Source: Chrysomallon squamiferum (taxonomy: Eukaryota > Animalia > Mollusca). Taken from it: 64,000 nt of DNA. The position numbers and the translations under genes were made by a program. The stretch lies in the NCBI GenBank assembly GCA_012295275.1, contig CM022670.1, positions 35,588,001 through 35,652,000 of the forward strand, given 5' to 3'. Below, one piece after another: positions 1 through 13,029 of the stretch (its first letter is position 1; every line of letters begins with the position of its first letter). The notes under the pieces were generated by a model that saw only the letters and a program-made list of their open reading frames with translations, ran no database searches and was not told the origin of the DNA.

Positions 1-763
1 TCTTAGTACTGCAAGTTACATTCAGACTTTCTAAACACTTGCTCTAATTATCGCCCCTTTTCGAAGAAAAACCAACAACATGACGTCTAAGAATTTCCAA
101 GAAGTGGTTCTATTTTTATTTCTTAATTCGGATTTCTGATGAATTATTCGTTTGGCAGCGCAAATATTACGTAAGTTATTGAGTACTTTAATATAAAGCA
201 GCCGCCACAACAAGGATTCATCTGGTTACCGTTAACCGGTGAACTATTGTAATTTTATAATATCTATGATGTCACGAGATTTAACTTTACTCAGATTACA
301 GGGATGTTACAGTTCTTATATTATACATTTTTTTATTTATTTATTTATTCTTAAACGAACGTTAAAGGAATATGAATTCTATAAAATTATTAAAATTTTA
401 ACATCGTACGAGTAATGAAACTGTTAACTTTCTGCACCTGCAGTAATAAGCACTAGACATAACTTATATACTCCTGAGTGTGGAACAAAACATTAAAACA
501 AATAATGTCGATAACATTAAATAACGTACTATCTCCAGAGAATAACTAAGAAATAATTTCGATAACATTAAAATGGCTAAAAACTAAGTAAGCACTTATG
601 TAAATATATATATTTATTAATTTTGTTTCTACTTTTCTTTTACTGTTTCTTTTTATTGCTATTATTTCATTGTTTTTATACGCTGACTGATTTCTTTATT
701 TATTATCATCATTATTCTCTCATATTATCATCATCGTCATAATTTTTCTACTTTACCAGAACA

Positions 764-1818
764 ATGGGCTTAAGAAATTCCAAGTTAGAAAGATATTTCT
801 TAGCTGACAGAGAACCCCGTGAAAACATTTACAAGTACATTGACAGAAAGATTCAGCCAGATACTCGTTATCTCGACATGTGTGCCCAGACGGTTGATGA
901 AGTGGTACAATACCTGTACCAAAACCTTCCGTCTAAACTTCAAGAGGCTCTGTGTGGGAAACTGAGTAGCGCTCAGTTGAAACAAGTCAACGTCAAAGAA
1001 ATTTTGAAGGTACACGCATTTCAAAGTTTTTGTCTTTTTTGTTTTCTTTCTTTTTCTTTTCTTTATCTCATTTTATTTTTTGTAGGGTGATATTTACTTG
1101 TTTGAGATATTAAATACAAACATCATCGATAACAGCGACATCAGTCATGACGATGATGAAAATAATGAAGATGTAATCAGTATACTGTCTTCTACTTATT
1201 GTATAAATTTTGAGTTTATACACACATGCATAGATGTGTGGATACTTGTGTGCAATATATATATATATTATTCTGTATGTGTTGCTGTTTATATTTTTGA
1301 TACACGTATTATAGAGATATATGAACATAGATATAATTATTCAGATACAGAGTGAAACTATTTTCTTCATTATATTTGTAGAAGACGTCTCACCTTTTAC
1401 AGATCGTTAATTGTGAATTAAAACCACTTTTTTATTGTGAAGAATGATATCTACATACTGTTTTATCTTTCATCTTTTCAGAGCGGATCACTTGGCAAAT
1501 CGACTGCCGTGAAAGAAAAATCCGACATTGATTTAATCATTTTCCTGAACGGGATATCCAGTATCAAGGAACTGAGTGAACTAATGCCCAAGATACTGGA
1601 GTGTTTAACAAATATGATATCAGGAATGATGACCAGCAGCAGCAGAGTGAAATGGATTGAAGTCAAACGCGTGACGGAGTATTCTGTTGGTTTCATACTA
1701 ACAACTAGTGACGATTCAAAGATTGATATGGATTTGCTTCCAGCACTGGACATCACGAAGTCAAGTATGTAATTTATTCAAGCTTAACAAAAAAATAATA
1801 ATAATAATAATAATAATA

Positions 1819-1865
<47 letters not shown>

Positions 1866-2651
1866 AATGATGATTTTTTTCTGCACCATTCATTGACAAC
1901 TTTTTTCCCCACAGAATCTTTGAAGGAGATTTACAAAGAAATGGATTCCTGTGATGAAAAACTTCGACGATATTACTCTTCAAGTCTCTCGCCAATTCAA
2001 AAAGATTTCGTAAACAGATTTACCCAGCCAGCCAAAGTGAAAAATCTGATCAGATTCATGAAATTTTGGGCAAAGGTATATAATATTTTAAACTGCTACT
2101 CAAACATTGGTTTTCTTTAATTATAATCTATATATGTATTAATTTTTTTCCAAAATACATTATTTTAACACAACGAAAATGATCCCAAGAAATAACTGCA
2201 GGAAAGATTTTCATTATGGTCGTCCTTTAATATTATGTATCTTTCTCACTGTAGTCTTCTTAATCTTTATATCAACATCATTTATTTTTATATGTAATAT
2301 GCTGTTCTTAAAAACAAATTATTACTTGTTTCAATGTTGTGATACTTTATTTTAAGGCTCATTCTCGTTCTTCGTTACATTTAAAATTGCACAGGTAGCA
2401 GACGTTCCACTGAGATCCTATTTTATTGAGTTATTAGTCATCTACAATAATCGGATGAAGGGTCGAGAATACCAGTCGAGCTACTCAGACTTTGCTCTTT
2501 ATGATCACATGAAAGAGTGCCTACAAATTCTTTCCAAATGTGAGACGTTGAAGATAACTTTCTCAGACAACTACGACTACAGAGACTATGGGAAAACATC
2601 TACTTCGTTAGTATAATATGAATTTTAAAATTCTGCGTTCAAGAGGGAGCG

Positions 2652-2732
<81 letters not shown>

Positions 2733-3636
2733 CTGTGAAAAAAAAAGGTTTTTGTGTTTTGTCTTTGAAAACTTACCATCACTTTTTTGCTTATTGTAAA
2801 ACATTTCGTGAAGACAAATTGTGTGAAAACGTTTACTATTTTTATTGTTTTTATTATGAACTTGTCTTTTGTCTATGAAAATTTATTATCACGTTTTTGT
2901 TTTTTGTAAACCTTTTACGTGCTAAATAAAACGATTGGAAAAACAACTCTGTCATCATTCCATAATTTTCATATACACTCATATATTTAAGAACAAAATA
3001 AGGTTTCATAACCAATGCCAGAGAATAGGATATAGTTCAAAGTCCACATCGAGGACGATAGTAATTCTTTATTTTCTTTACTTTAATACTGAATGCTCAA
3101 AAGTAAGAAATCGAAGAATATTCCAACATTTGATATATTAAAATTTTCATTGTCGTTTAAATTGTTTTTCTTAAAGATTACCTGGGCCATTTGTGTTCTG
3201 CTTTGTTCAAGAACAACCAAAGGCCAATGTTGCGTAAGTACTTGGCATTTTTTTCCCTTTCGTTTACATACTAACTTCGAAATTTTCTGATGAAGTTATC
3301 TGAAATTAATATATGTATATTTGTGTGACTGCATGTGTTATTGCTGTCTGTGTGTGTGTGTGTGTGTGTGTGTGCGTATGTGTGTGTTTGATTTTCGATC
3401 ATATAATGACAGACTTCCTATTTATTCTGGAAACAGATGTATTACTCTGAGAATAACATATGTAATAATTTTCACGTTTCTCATTTCGTTTTATTTACAG
3501 AACAGTTTCATATCTTCTTGACCCGGCCAATCCATTCATGAATGTAGCACCGAGTCCAGAAGACGCTCGTATTGTAAGCACGAAGGCAAAAGAACTCCTC
3601 GACAACTGGGATCACATATTTGCAGAACAGAAATAA
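764..3636 (+). CDS. OAS1: 2'-5'-oligoadenylate synthetase (OAS1-like, single domain), copy A; exons 764-1009, 1482-1764, 1915-2075, 2395-2606, probable 3177-3233, 3501-3636
   Basis: The GT-AG exons join in frame. The protein has the OAS P-loop/DxD motif ILK-SGSLGKSTAVKEKSDIDLIIFL, the third catalytic Asp in IDMDLLPALD, KNLIRFMKFW (human LKSLIRLVKHW), LRSYFIELL, and the C-terminal LLDPANPFMNVA signature. Stop TAA at 3634-3636. Confidence 0.9.
1796..1873. repeat. (ATA)n-(ATG)n compound microsatellite in OAS-A intron 2
   Basis: Read directly. Confidence 0.95.
2649..2730. repeat. (GA)n microsatellite (counterpart at ~15350-15436)
   Basis: Read directly. Confidence 0.95.
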
Positions 3637-4505
3637 ATCAGGATTCTTTGTGCTATATGTTTATAGGTGAAGGGCTGAAAAATATAAACTTTTCACAATA
3701 AGAAACTAGTCTAAAATAATTGTTTTGTTTGACAGATATTTCAATCATTGCTGATTTTTCTTCTTATCGTTATTGATAGTTTATTCTAACCAGAAAAAAA
3801 TCACCTCTATTGAAAGTGTTAATGTGGTGTAATTCATATTTCGTGTTCTTGTTTTGATTATAACATCATTGTTTCAGTTCTAGAAACGAAGTATATAAAA
3901 TAATTAGATTAATCATTTAGTCTCAGAAATTAAAATTAATTGTTATGAAGTATTATCAAGATTTAAGAATGACTGGCACAAAATAACGTTGATATTAACT
4001 GTAATAATTAACCTATGAAACGAAATACAGTTATAACATAATAGGTTTACAAATGCTTCAGCGTTTTTATTTAGTTATTTTTTATTTCCAAGCAACAGAA
4101 AGCGACACAAGACAACACACAATATTAAAAATAGTTCTTAAAAAGAAACAAGATAAAACGAACAGAGAACAATTAATTTTTTTTGGATAAACTGATATGT
4201 CATTTCGGTGGCCATTACAAAACATAGATACCTTGTTAGGTTTTTTAAATTCATAATGTGAAATGTATTTTTCAGAATGGATTGTCTTTACAGATAATTT
4301 ATAGCTGACATTGCAGGTTAAACCATTTATTAAAACAAACAATACAAAACAGGGAAAAAGACAACACTCGAGCGACGGCTGATGTACACAAAGCAGTTTT
4401 CCGATTCTTTTTCTTCTGTAACTGACAGTGTGAGTTTTACTTTAAAACAGAAAAACAAAAGCATCGCGTTTAGTCCATATTCCGGATCGGGTCAGTTAAC
4501 TATTT

Positions 4506-4902
4506 CTATGCAGTTGGAACACATTTCGTTGGTTCTGCGACCTTCTGAGTGCTCGATTTGGGTTTACCCTTCAAGACATCGAATTTTCCTAATTTGACTT
4601 CCGTCTCAATTTTCTTAGCTTCGGGGGTGTCCATGGCAACGCAGTACATATCCACTTTTCTTTCAGCTGTTGTTGGGGCCTTGCATTTGCTTGGACATTC
4701 TTTGATTGGCAGAAGAGAGAAGCAAATCTGTTTGGTCTTCTTCAAGGTTTTGATCAGAGTCGTCTGAGAAATGACGCATGTTTCTGAAATATTTTCAAAA
4801 AACATGATCAGAAATTTTTGTCTGACTATAATATGAAAAACATATTTCTAGGGTAGGAAAATGAAAGAAAGTATCAATTAGAAGCTATCATCAACATCAT
4901 CA

Positions 4903-4964
<62 letters not shown>

Positions 4965-6386
4965 GTTTACTTTCGTGTTGCTCGTTATTAAATAGATTTT
5001 TTGGTTTCAAAAATAAAAACGAACTAACCAGCATGCTCGGTGGGGTAGGAGTTGGCGTATTTGCGATGAATTTTCTCATGGTGGCACTGTGGTTCTGGAA
5101 TGAGGTAGCTGGACACGAAGGGAGTGGGGACAGTATAGACGTTACCCTTTGGTCCTTCGTATTCGGCTATCCACTGACCGTCAAAGTTACTGCACAAACC
5201 ACAAGTCTTTTTTCTGAAAACTGGGGACACCTGTTTTGACATGAAAAACAAAATATGGTTCATCAAAAGTTTGTAAAATATGATTTTGGGGAGGATTATT
5301 GGTTTGATGTTTTTCATTTTTTACTTTTTAAATTATTATTTAAATGTTTTGTAAAAATTAGTTTTTATTATTATTAATATTTATTTATTTTCTTTTTGTT
5401 ATTTATTTTTCTTGGTTTTCTTACAACAATATGTCTTAACTGTATAAATCACAAAATAACAATGAGCTCTCCTACAAGCAATCACAGTATCAAAATACCA
5501 TAAACGCCAATAAAAATATAACTGGTATATAATTCAATTATTGACAGTGTATAATGCATATAGATTTGTTTATGATAACTGTATAAAATATGAATGTTTA
5601 ATAGTGAATTATTATTCTGTGGGCAATATATTCTGAGATTTTATACCGCAGATCTGATAATATAAAAACTAGTTACTCTATAAAACAATTCAGGGATTAT
5701 AAATAATATTTCATTATATTTTTCAAAGAAGCAATAACTCACATGAGTTTTAACGTAATCGCCATTGGTAAGTATTTGTAAACCAATCAAAGGAAGCTCC
5801 ACCCACAAGAATCTATCAACATATATCTTCAAGGCAACAGCTTTGCTGTACAGAAAGAAAGATTATACATTAAATGTTTTATAACTATTAAAACAAAGAT
5901 TATGCCTTTCATATATTACAGACTTAATGTTTCATATCTATTAAACAAAGATTATACGTTTAATATACCATACATTTAATTTTTTCTATCTATTAAAATA
6001 AAAATTTATTTAATGCTTTATATATTTTAAAATCGAGGCTGTGCATTTAATATATTATACTTTTAATGTTTCATATCTATGTAAAACAAAGATGAAACTA
6101 AAATACAAGATAGTAATAATGTACGTAAAAACTCACATGCCGTAGGTGAGTGCCTTTTCAATGATAACGGGTTTGCCTGGTTCTACTGTTTGTACGGCAT
6201 TGTTAATCATCACCATGAACGTGGATCCTGAGGGAACGACGTCAACAACCCAATCGTTGGTCATTATTTGCAGAGCCTGGGATGAAAAAAGTATGACTAT
6301 GTGGTTGTTGATGATGATAATGATAATTATATATATATATATATATATATAATATTTTTGGTTATTATTATTTTCAGTAGTAGTAG

Positions 6387-6424
<38 letters not shown>

Positions 6425-9400
6425 CTAAACTGACATGGTCCAACTTATTCAAATAAGATACTGGTTTATCCCCTTATATGTAATTACGTATTAACAAACC
6501 CAGTGACGGTGTTACCTTTGCCGTAAAATCAGGAGTCGTGGGAGTAACCGTAACGACAAACGACTTCATTGGAGAACAGTCCATCGCCAGAACAGCTCGG
6601 CAAGTTCCCATGGAGGGCATTGAGTAGTAAACGTGGTCAAACGTCTTTACGGTTTGCAGAGAAACTTCGCAGGTTGCTGAAGATAAACGCTCATAATTAT
6701 TGAAAAGCTAAAGTTTGCAAGGATTACAATGGAAACATTTACTACTTTGCATACACCTACATACACAAAGTATCTCTAACATATATAAATACAAACGTGC
6801 ATATATACACAAGTAAACATTAAAATTTATGCTGTTCTTGAAAAAGGCAGCCTGATATCAACATTATCAATTCTACACCAGTAATTGAGAGATTCGGGTT
6901 GATTTTTCTAAAACAGTGCTTTCACTTCATACTCATAATTTTGCAAAATGATCAAAGATTACAGGTTTTAAAACATCCATAACTCAAAAATATGTTAGAA
7001 CATAATGAAAACCAAAGGAAAAAAGAAGATTATTTAAAGTAGTAAATATTTTTCTGCACCATTTTGATTTTAAAGAATTTATGCAAAACGCTTATCAGCA
7101 AAGTAGTGTGGCTGGAATTTCATATCGGTAGATGGTTTAGAACAATGCTTCCAGATATATGATAATTACTAATCACAGATTAAGCAAGACATTCACAGAA
7201 AATTGTCAGGAAGAGAATCTTTTGAAACAAGATTAAAATACCTGGAATCGCAGTGCCAAATGGTGCATACATGGAACGTCTGAACCAAGGCTGGACCATG
7301 GTCATTGGTGTCCAGGCTGTCTTCATCATTGCTGTGGGCAAGTAATGCATCGAAGGCATGGCCATGTTCATCCACTTCAGTGTTGTTGTTGGGGTCATAA
7401 CGTAAATATCGAACTAGAAGCAGATAATTTTTATAACGTGTGTGTAACGTTTTTGTTTCTGACTGATTGTCGTTGCATTCCAGTGTACAGGAAAGGTGCA
7501 ATATAATATCTCAGACTGATGAATAACTAGACTAGCCAATGGAAATAGGTATTATTTCTTTACAAAATACCTATGAATGACAGCTAACAAATGCAATGAA
7601 TAAAATGTGCTTTTATTATTCATTTGTACACGATACTTACTGCCTGGTTAGAAAGTCGAGTATGGTGCAACATGTGTACAGTTCCTGTCGTTGTTACAAC
7701 TGGCATATCGAACTGTGTGTTCATTCGCCAGTAGGCTGGTATGTAACTCAGCATATTCCAAACCATTGTCTTAACTGATACTGGAATCTCCTCCTGGTTA
7801 AAATAAAGGTTATAGGTTTAATAGAATACGATCATTATAATAATTATTTTGATGCTTTGCTGTTGCTATTGTCTGCATTGTTGTGTTCTTTTTCTTCCTG
7901 TTAAATGTCTTTTTTACCCCGACGGAATTCTGAATAAGCTAACTGTTTGTATGTATGTGTGTCTTAGTGTATGTCTCTGTCTGCAAGTGTGCGTGTCTGT
8001 GAGCGGTCTGTGATTGTATGTTGTTAATAAAACCATAGATTCGACGAAAACATTAAATCACTTAAATAAAACGTACCGCGACGTATTTAATCATGACATG
8101 TCCGTGCATAAGTGTGTTGATGAGTGTCACAACAGGCATGCTCGGCATGTCCATGACGTCACGGCCAGAAAGGTATTTCATAAGATAGGTATCAATCTCG
8201 GGGCTTCTGGCGAATGGGCTGACTTGTGTGAATTCCCAAACCATTTGTTCAATACTCTTGCTGTAGAATATCTGACGAAAAATTTAAAAAATAAAATAAA
8301 ATAAAAATAAGCGAATATATGTATTTGGAAAAAATGACTATTATTCCGCAGTTTCACCGAAGACACAACACATTACTTCATTGTGAGCTGTAATATCACG
8401 GTTAGAATGAGAAATTGCAGCCTTTCGACATACCTATTTTATGCTTAGATTTGTATAAATTAAAAATCAATATGTATCAGTTTTCATGCTGTCAGTCATA
8501 TAAGTCAATTATTAAATCGAGGTTAAAAGTATTTATATGTATAATTCATAATGTCACTTTCAGGGTCTTGATGCATGATACAAAATACGTATTCGTTATT
8601 TACCTTTGCCATAACGGTTTTGGCAGTAAGGCCAGTTGTACCAAAGGTCATGTTGACGTAACCAGTCGTTGCCATTGGCAGAGCGCCATTCAGTACTGAA
8701 ACCATCTCCTGTTTCTCTGCTGTGTATTGTTTTGTCATGGCATCAGTAGTTGGAGTGTGTGGAAGATCGACAACTTGACTTAGTGAAACGACAACCTCGT
8801 TAAGGTTCTGTTCCAGAGTTTTCACAATCAGGGTCCAAGGAGTAACAACTGGAATCTGGATCTGTTTTGAAGTGACGACAGCCTTCACTGCAGCGATCAG
8901 ACCCTTCTGCTGTTGAATTACGATGGCAAGCAGACCGGCATTAGGGGTGATACTTTCTACGCCAAGCTGTTCAACCATCTGGATCTTCTGCTGGAACTGC
9001 ATCATTCGCTGAATAACGTGTCTGATGGCCATTTCAATACTGTACGGCAAAGCTGTTGGCGTTGTAGTCTTCAGGCTTTCGACCTCAGCTTGAGTAACTT
9101 TCTGGTTTGTCATGACCATCTGCAGCGTCACCAAGACCATGTCTTGTGGCATAGGGTGATTTGGTTGTACCTCAAGCATGTTGGCAGAGAGAACAAAGTT
9201 CTCGAAAGCTCTGGTTACAGCATATTCAATTTCAGTGCACTTAACAATCAAAATATTGATGTTCTCAGTTACGGTGACGAAGCTGAACACATTTGGACCA
9301 ATGGTGCTGCTAAGGATAACGGACTTCAGTTCGTTCAAAACGTATTTCAGATTAATCATTGTTGATGTAACCTTTGCATACAAAACGATCTTAGGATCAG

Positions 9401-12092
9401 CGCCTGGAAGCAATACGGCATTCTTAATGGTTACAAGTTCATTCAGTATGGCTACGGTCTTGTCCACTATGACATTGATGTCTTGCATTACGACTTCAGT
9501 TGCTTGTTGTTCCATGGTGGAAAGTCGAACCAACTGTTTCAGGCTTGTAACCTTTCCGTCCAAAAGACCGACAGTCAGCTGCATTTGCTGCATTTTCTCG
9601 AGCATTGCTATTTCATCGGTACTGAATACATTTTTGACGGACAAGTATTCTACCATGAATTTAGTGATAGCTGCAGCGCGAGTCGTTAGGGCTATAGTCT
9701 GAGTGTGAAGTTCTGCTGTTGTTTTCTCGTAACTGAATACAAGTGGCTGTGGTATCATGAAAATATCCTTTGTGTTGACCAAATTCAGGTAGATCATATT
9801 CTGCTGCAATGCCAGCTGAATTACGACTGGAGCAACTGGAATAGTTGTAATGAGAGATTTCAAGAGAATAGCATCAACGTTAAACAAAGACTGTTGGGTA
9901 GCTTCAACGACTTCGGTAACAGGCTGAAGTGATGGTACCTGTCCATTCATTCTGTCTGTAATAACAGATTTGAGTGCTGTAACCTGAATCTGGTTTACTT
10001 TCTTAGCTTCTTCGACAATTGCAGTTACATCAGTGGTTGGGCTTGCTGTTGGAGGTACGACAGTGAACAGTACATCAGCGAAGGTAAGGTATGTGGTGTC
10101 CATTTCCTTCAAAAGCTGGTTGGTCTGCTGCCAGATTACATTTCCTTTCTTGATGAAGTCCATATTCATTGTCTTGTTGCCAATGATTCTGAGAACGCCC
10201 AAAGCCCGGTAGTGCTCCATGATGGCATAATGGAGAACCAGCACACTTGGGTAAATTGTGGTTGGTGGTGATGCCTTAAACATCTTTATTTTCGCAATAA
10301 GTTCAGCCTGGATCATCTCGACCGATTTGACCAAGTACACCAGCAGTTCCTCCATCTTGGCAATTTCAACTGGATCCCATGCGACGTCTGTCAGTGACAT
10401 GATACTTTCAACAACTGGTGTCATGTTTGTCAGCAGAGGGAAAAGAATTTCGATGAACGGATCTTCGCGACTGGCAATAATCTGGAGCATTATTTTCCTG
10501 ATCATCACAAGGGGTTCAACGTTTCCAGCAAGGTTCTGAATTTCTTTGCTCAAAATGGCTTTTACGGTCTGGTTCAGTGTTTGTAGAAGAGGTATGTGAT
10601 GCTTAAGCTTGGTCATAAACTGAATGTTTCTCATGATTTGTTCCTGATAGAATGGATCCAACAGTTGTTCTGGTTTGACGATGATGCTAGGAAATTGCAG
10701 CATGGACTGAACTACCATCTAAAATGTAAGAAATAATATATAGTAAAAAAAAAAAAACATAGATAATGTATAATGGAGACATTTAAGGATAACCATCTAA
10801 TTACTTTGAAAATTTGTTATTACAAACCTTTCGTTAACGACCGAATTTTTTTTTCAGACTGAATTTTCATTTATATTTCCAAAAAATGATAAAATAAAAT
10901 CAAATTAAATATTATCATAATTCTTTGCTAGAAACATATTAACATGTTGCAGGTCATTTCACGTAACTAACACATTGAAATATAATCTAATAAATATGCT
11001 TACCTCCCATGGTTGAGTATCGTAGCCTGGCAGTGGAGTCCTAGCAACATGAGCCACCAGTTGGTGAAGCTGTCTGTCGTTAATCGTCTGCCACAACAAT
11101 TCAACCTGCATTTTTCTTGGAACTACCGCAGTACTGGCATCAACAACTACTACCGCGCCCCACTTGGAACCAATGTTGATCAGTTTCTGGCTAGTGCCTA
11201 AAATCATTTGAAGTTTCTTGATCAGCTGTACAATGGTAACATCGGTAACGGTGAGATCGGGGTACTCTGGTACTGGGGTGGCCGTTTGTTCATTTATTTG
11301 TAGCTCCTGCTCAGTCTGTGCAGTCCCAGAGGGCAACAGACAGAGTGTCATAGCAGACAACCAGCCGTCACAGTTGGATGTTGTAGGCATGGTTACAGTG
11401 CTTGTTGGTAAACCTTCACCAGCAGCAGTAGCAGTAGCAGTACCCGTTGGCGTCGTCGGAGTCTGAGTACTAGGGGCTACGAAAGTGGAAACGAACTGCG
11501 CTTGAACCTTGATTACATTTGGAACGCTTACTCCCGGTTTCATAAATACTGCAATAGTGGTCTTGCCTGCTAGTGGGATTGGTGCCGCAGTAGCAGTGCT
11601 TGGGACTGTGACGTATCCAACCACTTCCATGCCCATAGTTGAGTTGCCATAATCATAAACCATCTACAGTATATCGAATATAATAATTAGCATTCATGTA
11701 TGAGTCAGAAAATATATAACTGTAACAAAAAGAATTCGTACTACTACTACTATTAGAACGGACCTGACTCAGACTTCATAATTTGCTTAAGGACATTTTT
11801 ATAATATAATTAGTGATTACTATTGAATCTTTTTTAAAATTATAAATTAGGTATACTTTTCGTATGAGGTATCCTTTAAGGAACGTAGCTTTTGTGATAA
11901 ACACACACAGACAGACACACACACGTGCACACAAACAGACAGACGCTGACACGCTGATACACAAACACATATATTTCTTACCTCGGTAAGACTTGCTTCT
12001 TCAACCAGTTCAATGAACTTCTTCTTCATCGTTGTCGTTCCAATAGCCTCGAATGTGTAAGGAACAACTTCAACGGCAACCAGGGGTTCGGT
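4506..12092 (-). CDS. Vtg: Vitellogenin-like gene, 3' half, copy A (intact, 5' end cut off at the assembly gap); exons include 11982-12092, ~11005-11663, 8604-10718, several small exons, 5029-5230, 4506-4783
   Basis: Near-identical to the 3' exons of the full gene at 16869-24431. Encodes a VWD domain (KTCGLCSNFDG) and a vitellogenin-type Cys-rich tail (QICFSLLPIKECPSKC...YCV). I saw no stop or frameshift in the exons I translated. Confidence 0.8.
5855..6100. repeat. Degenerate ~30-37-bp intronic minisatellite (AAACAAAGATTATAC...TTAATGTTTCATATCTAT); counterpart at ~18160-18440
   Basis: The core recurs several times in tandem. Confidence 0.7.
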
Positions 12093-12384
12093 CTGTTAAT
12101 ATAAATGATTTTTTTTTTTGTTAGATATTAACTGCCAGTATTATTTTTATTTGTAAATCATCGATCCTTCATATGATGATTTACAGATTATGTCTTATAT
12201 ATATTTGTTTTTGTTCCTGTGAAGTAACGTGAACCAGTTTTCATTCTAAAACCATACGTGTGGTTCACGAAGAACAAAACAAAATGCATAACAGTCATAC
12301 ATTTGACTCGGAAAAGCATTGAATTTAAATAAAATATTTGTTTTTAAACATTAAAAAATAAAGTCAATTCGAGGCAGATATGAA

Positions 12385-12584
12385 NNNNNNNNNNNNNNNN
12401 NNNNNNNNNNNNNNNNNNNNNNNNNNNNNNNNNNNNNNNNNNNNNNNNNNNNNNNNNNNNNNNNNNNNNNNNNNNNNNNNNNNNNNNNNNNNNNNNNNNN
12501 NNNNNNNNNNNNNNNNNNNNNNNNNNNNNNNNNNNNNNNNNNNNNNNNNNNNNNNNNNNNNNNNNNNNNNNNNNNNNNNNNNNN
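12385..12584. other. Assembly gap (200 N, probably a placeholder size)
   Basis: Run of 200 n. Confidence 1.
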
Positions 12585-12919
12585 AGATAGAACTGTCACG
12601 GAAAAATCTTTCAAATAAATTATTTTAAAAAAGAAGCATTTTTTTGTTTCTTTTGTTTTGTCTTTTGTTTGTTTTTCTGTTAATGGTGATATTATATACT
12701 ATGTATGTAATACTAATTAAATTCAAATAATACTTTGCCTGGTCATTTTAACCCAGCAGACCCAAGCAAGTCCATTTATAAATTAGATAACTTTAGGCTG
12801 CCTTCTTAAGTAACCATTTTATTTTGTCTTTGACAGAATGGGGCAAGACCTTTGAGTCAGTGGATGATTTCTTTTAAAACATCTTTTTTATATACACACA
12901 AATATACATACATACATGC

Positions 12920-12970
<51 letters not shown>

Positions 12971-13029
12971 TATATTTTATTATTATTATTATTATAATTA
13001 TTATTATTATTATGATCATCATCATTGTT

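Larger units (their letters stand above)
331..12384. repeat. ~12-kb direct segmental duplication, unit A (OAS + vitellogenin 3' half)
   Basis: Colinear with ~13030-24727. Homology begins at TTTATTCTTAAACGAACGTTAAAGG and runs to GAGGCAGATATGAA immediately before the gap. Confidence 0.95.

Noticed and set aside
764-3636. Nucleotidyltransferase as a bacterial CD-NTase/CBASS or cGAS-like receptor
   Set aside because: It has spliceosomal introns and OAS-specific C-terminal motifs (LIRFMKFW, SYFIELL, LDPANP); there is no operon and no Mab21-type features.
8913-11466. Plus-strand ORFs of 70-174 aa (also 21255-23806)
   Set aside because: Antisense shadows of the large vitellogenin exons with no independent coding signal.
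12351-12628. ORFs spanning the N run
   Set aside because: Artefacts of translating the gap.
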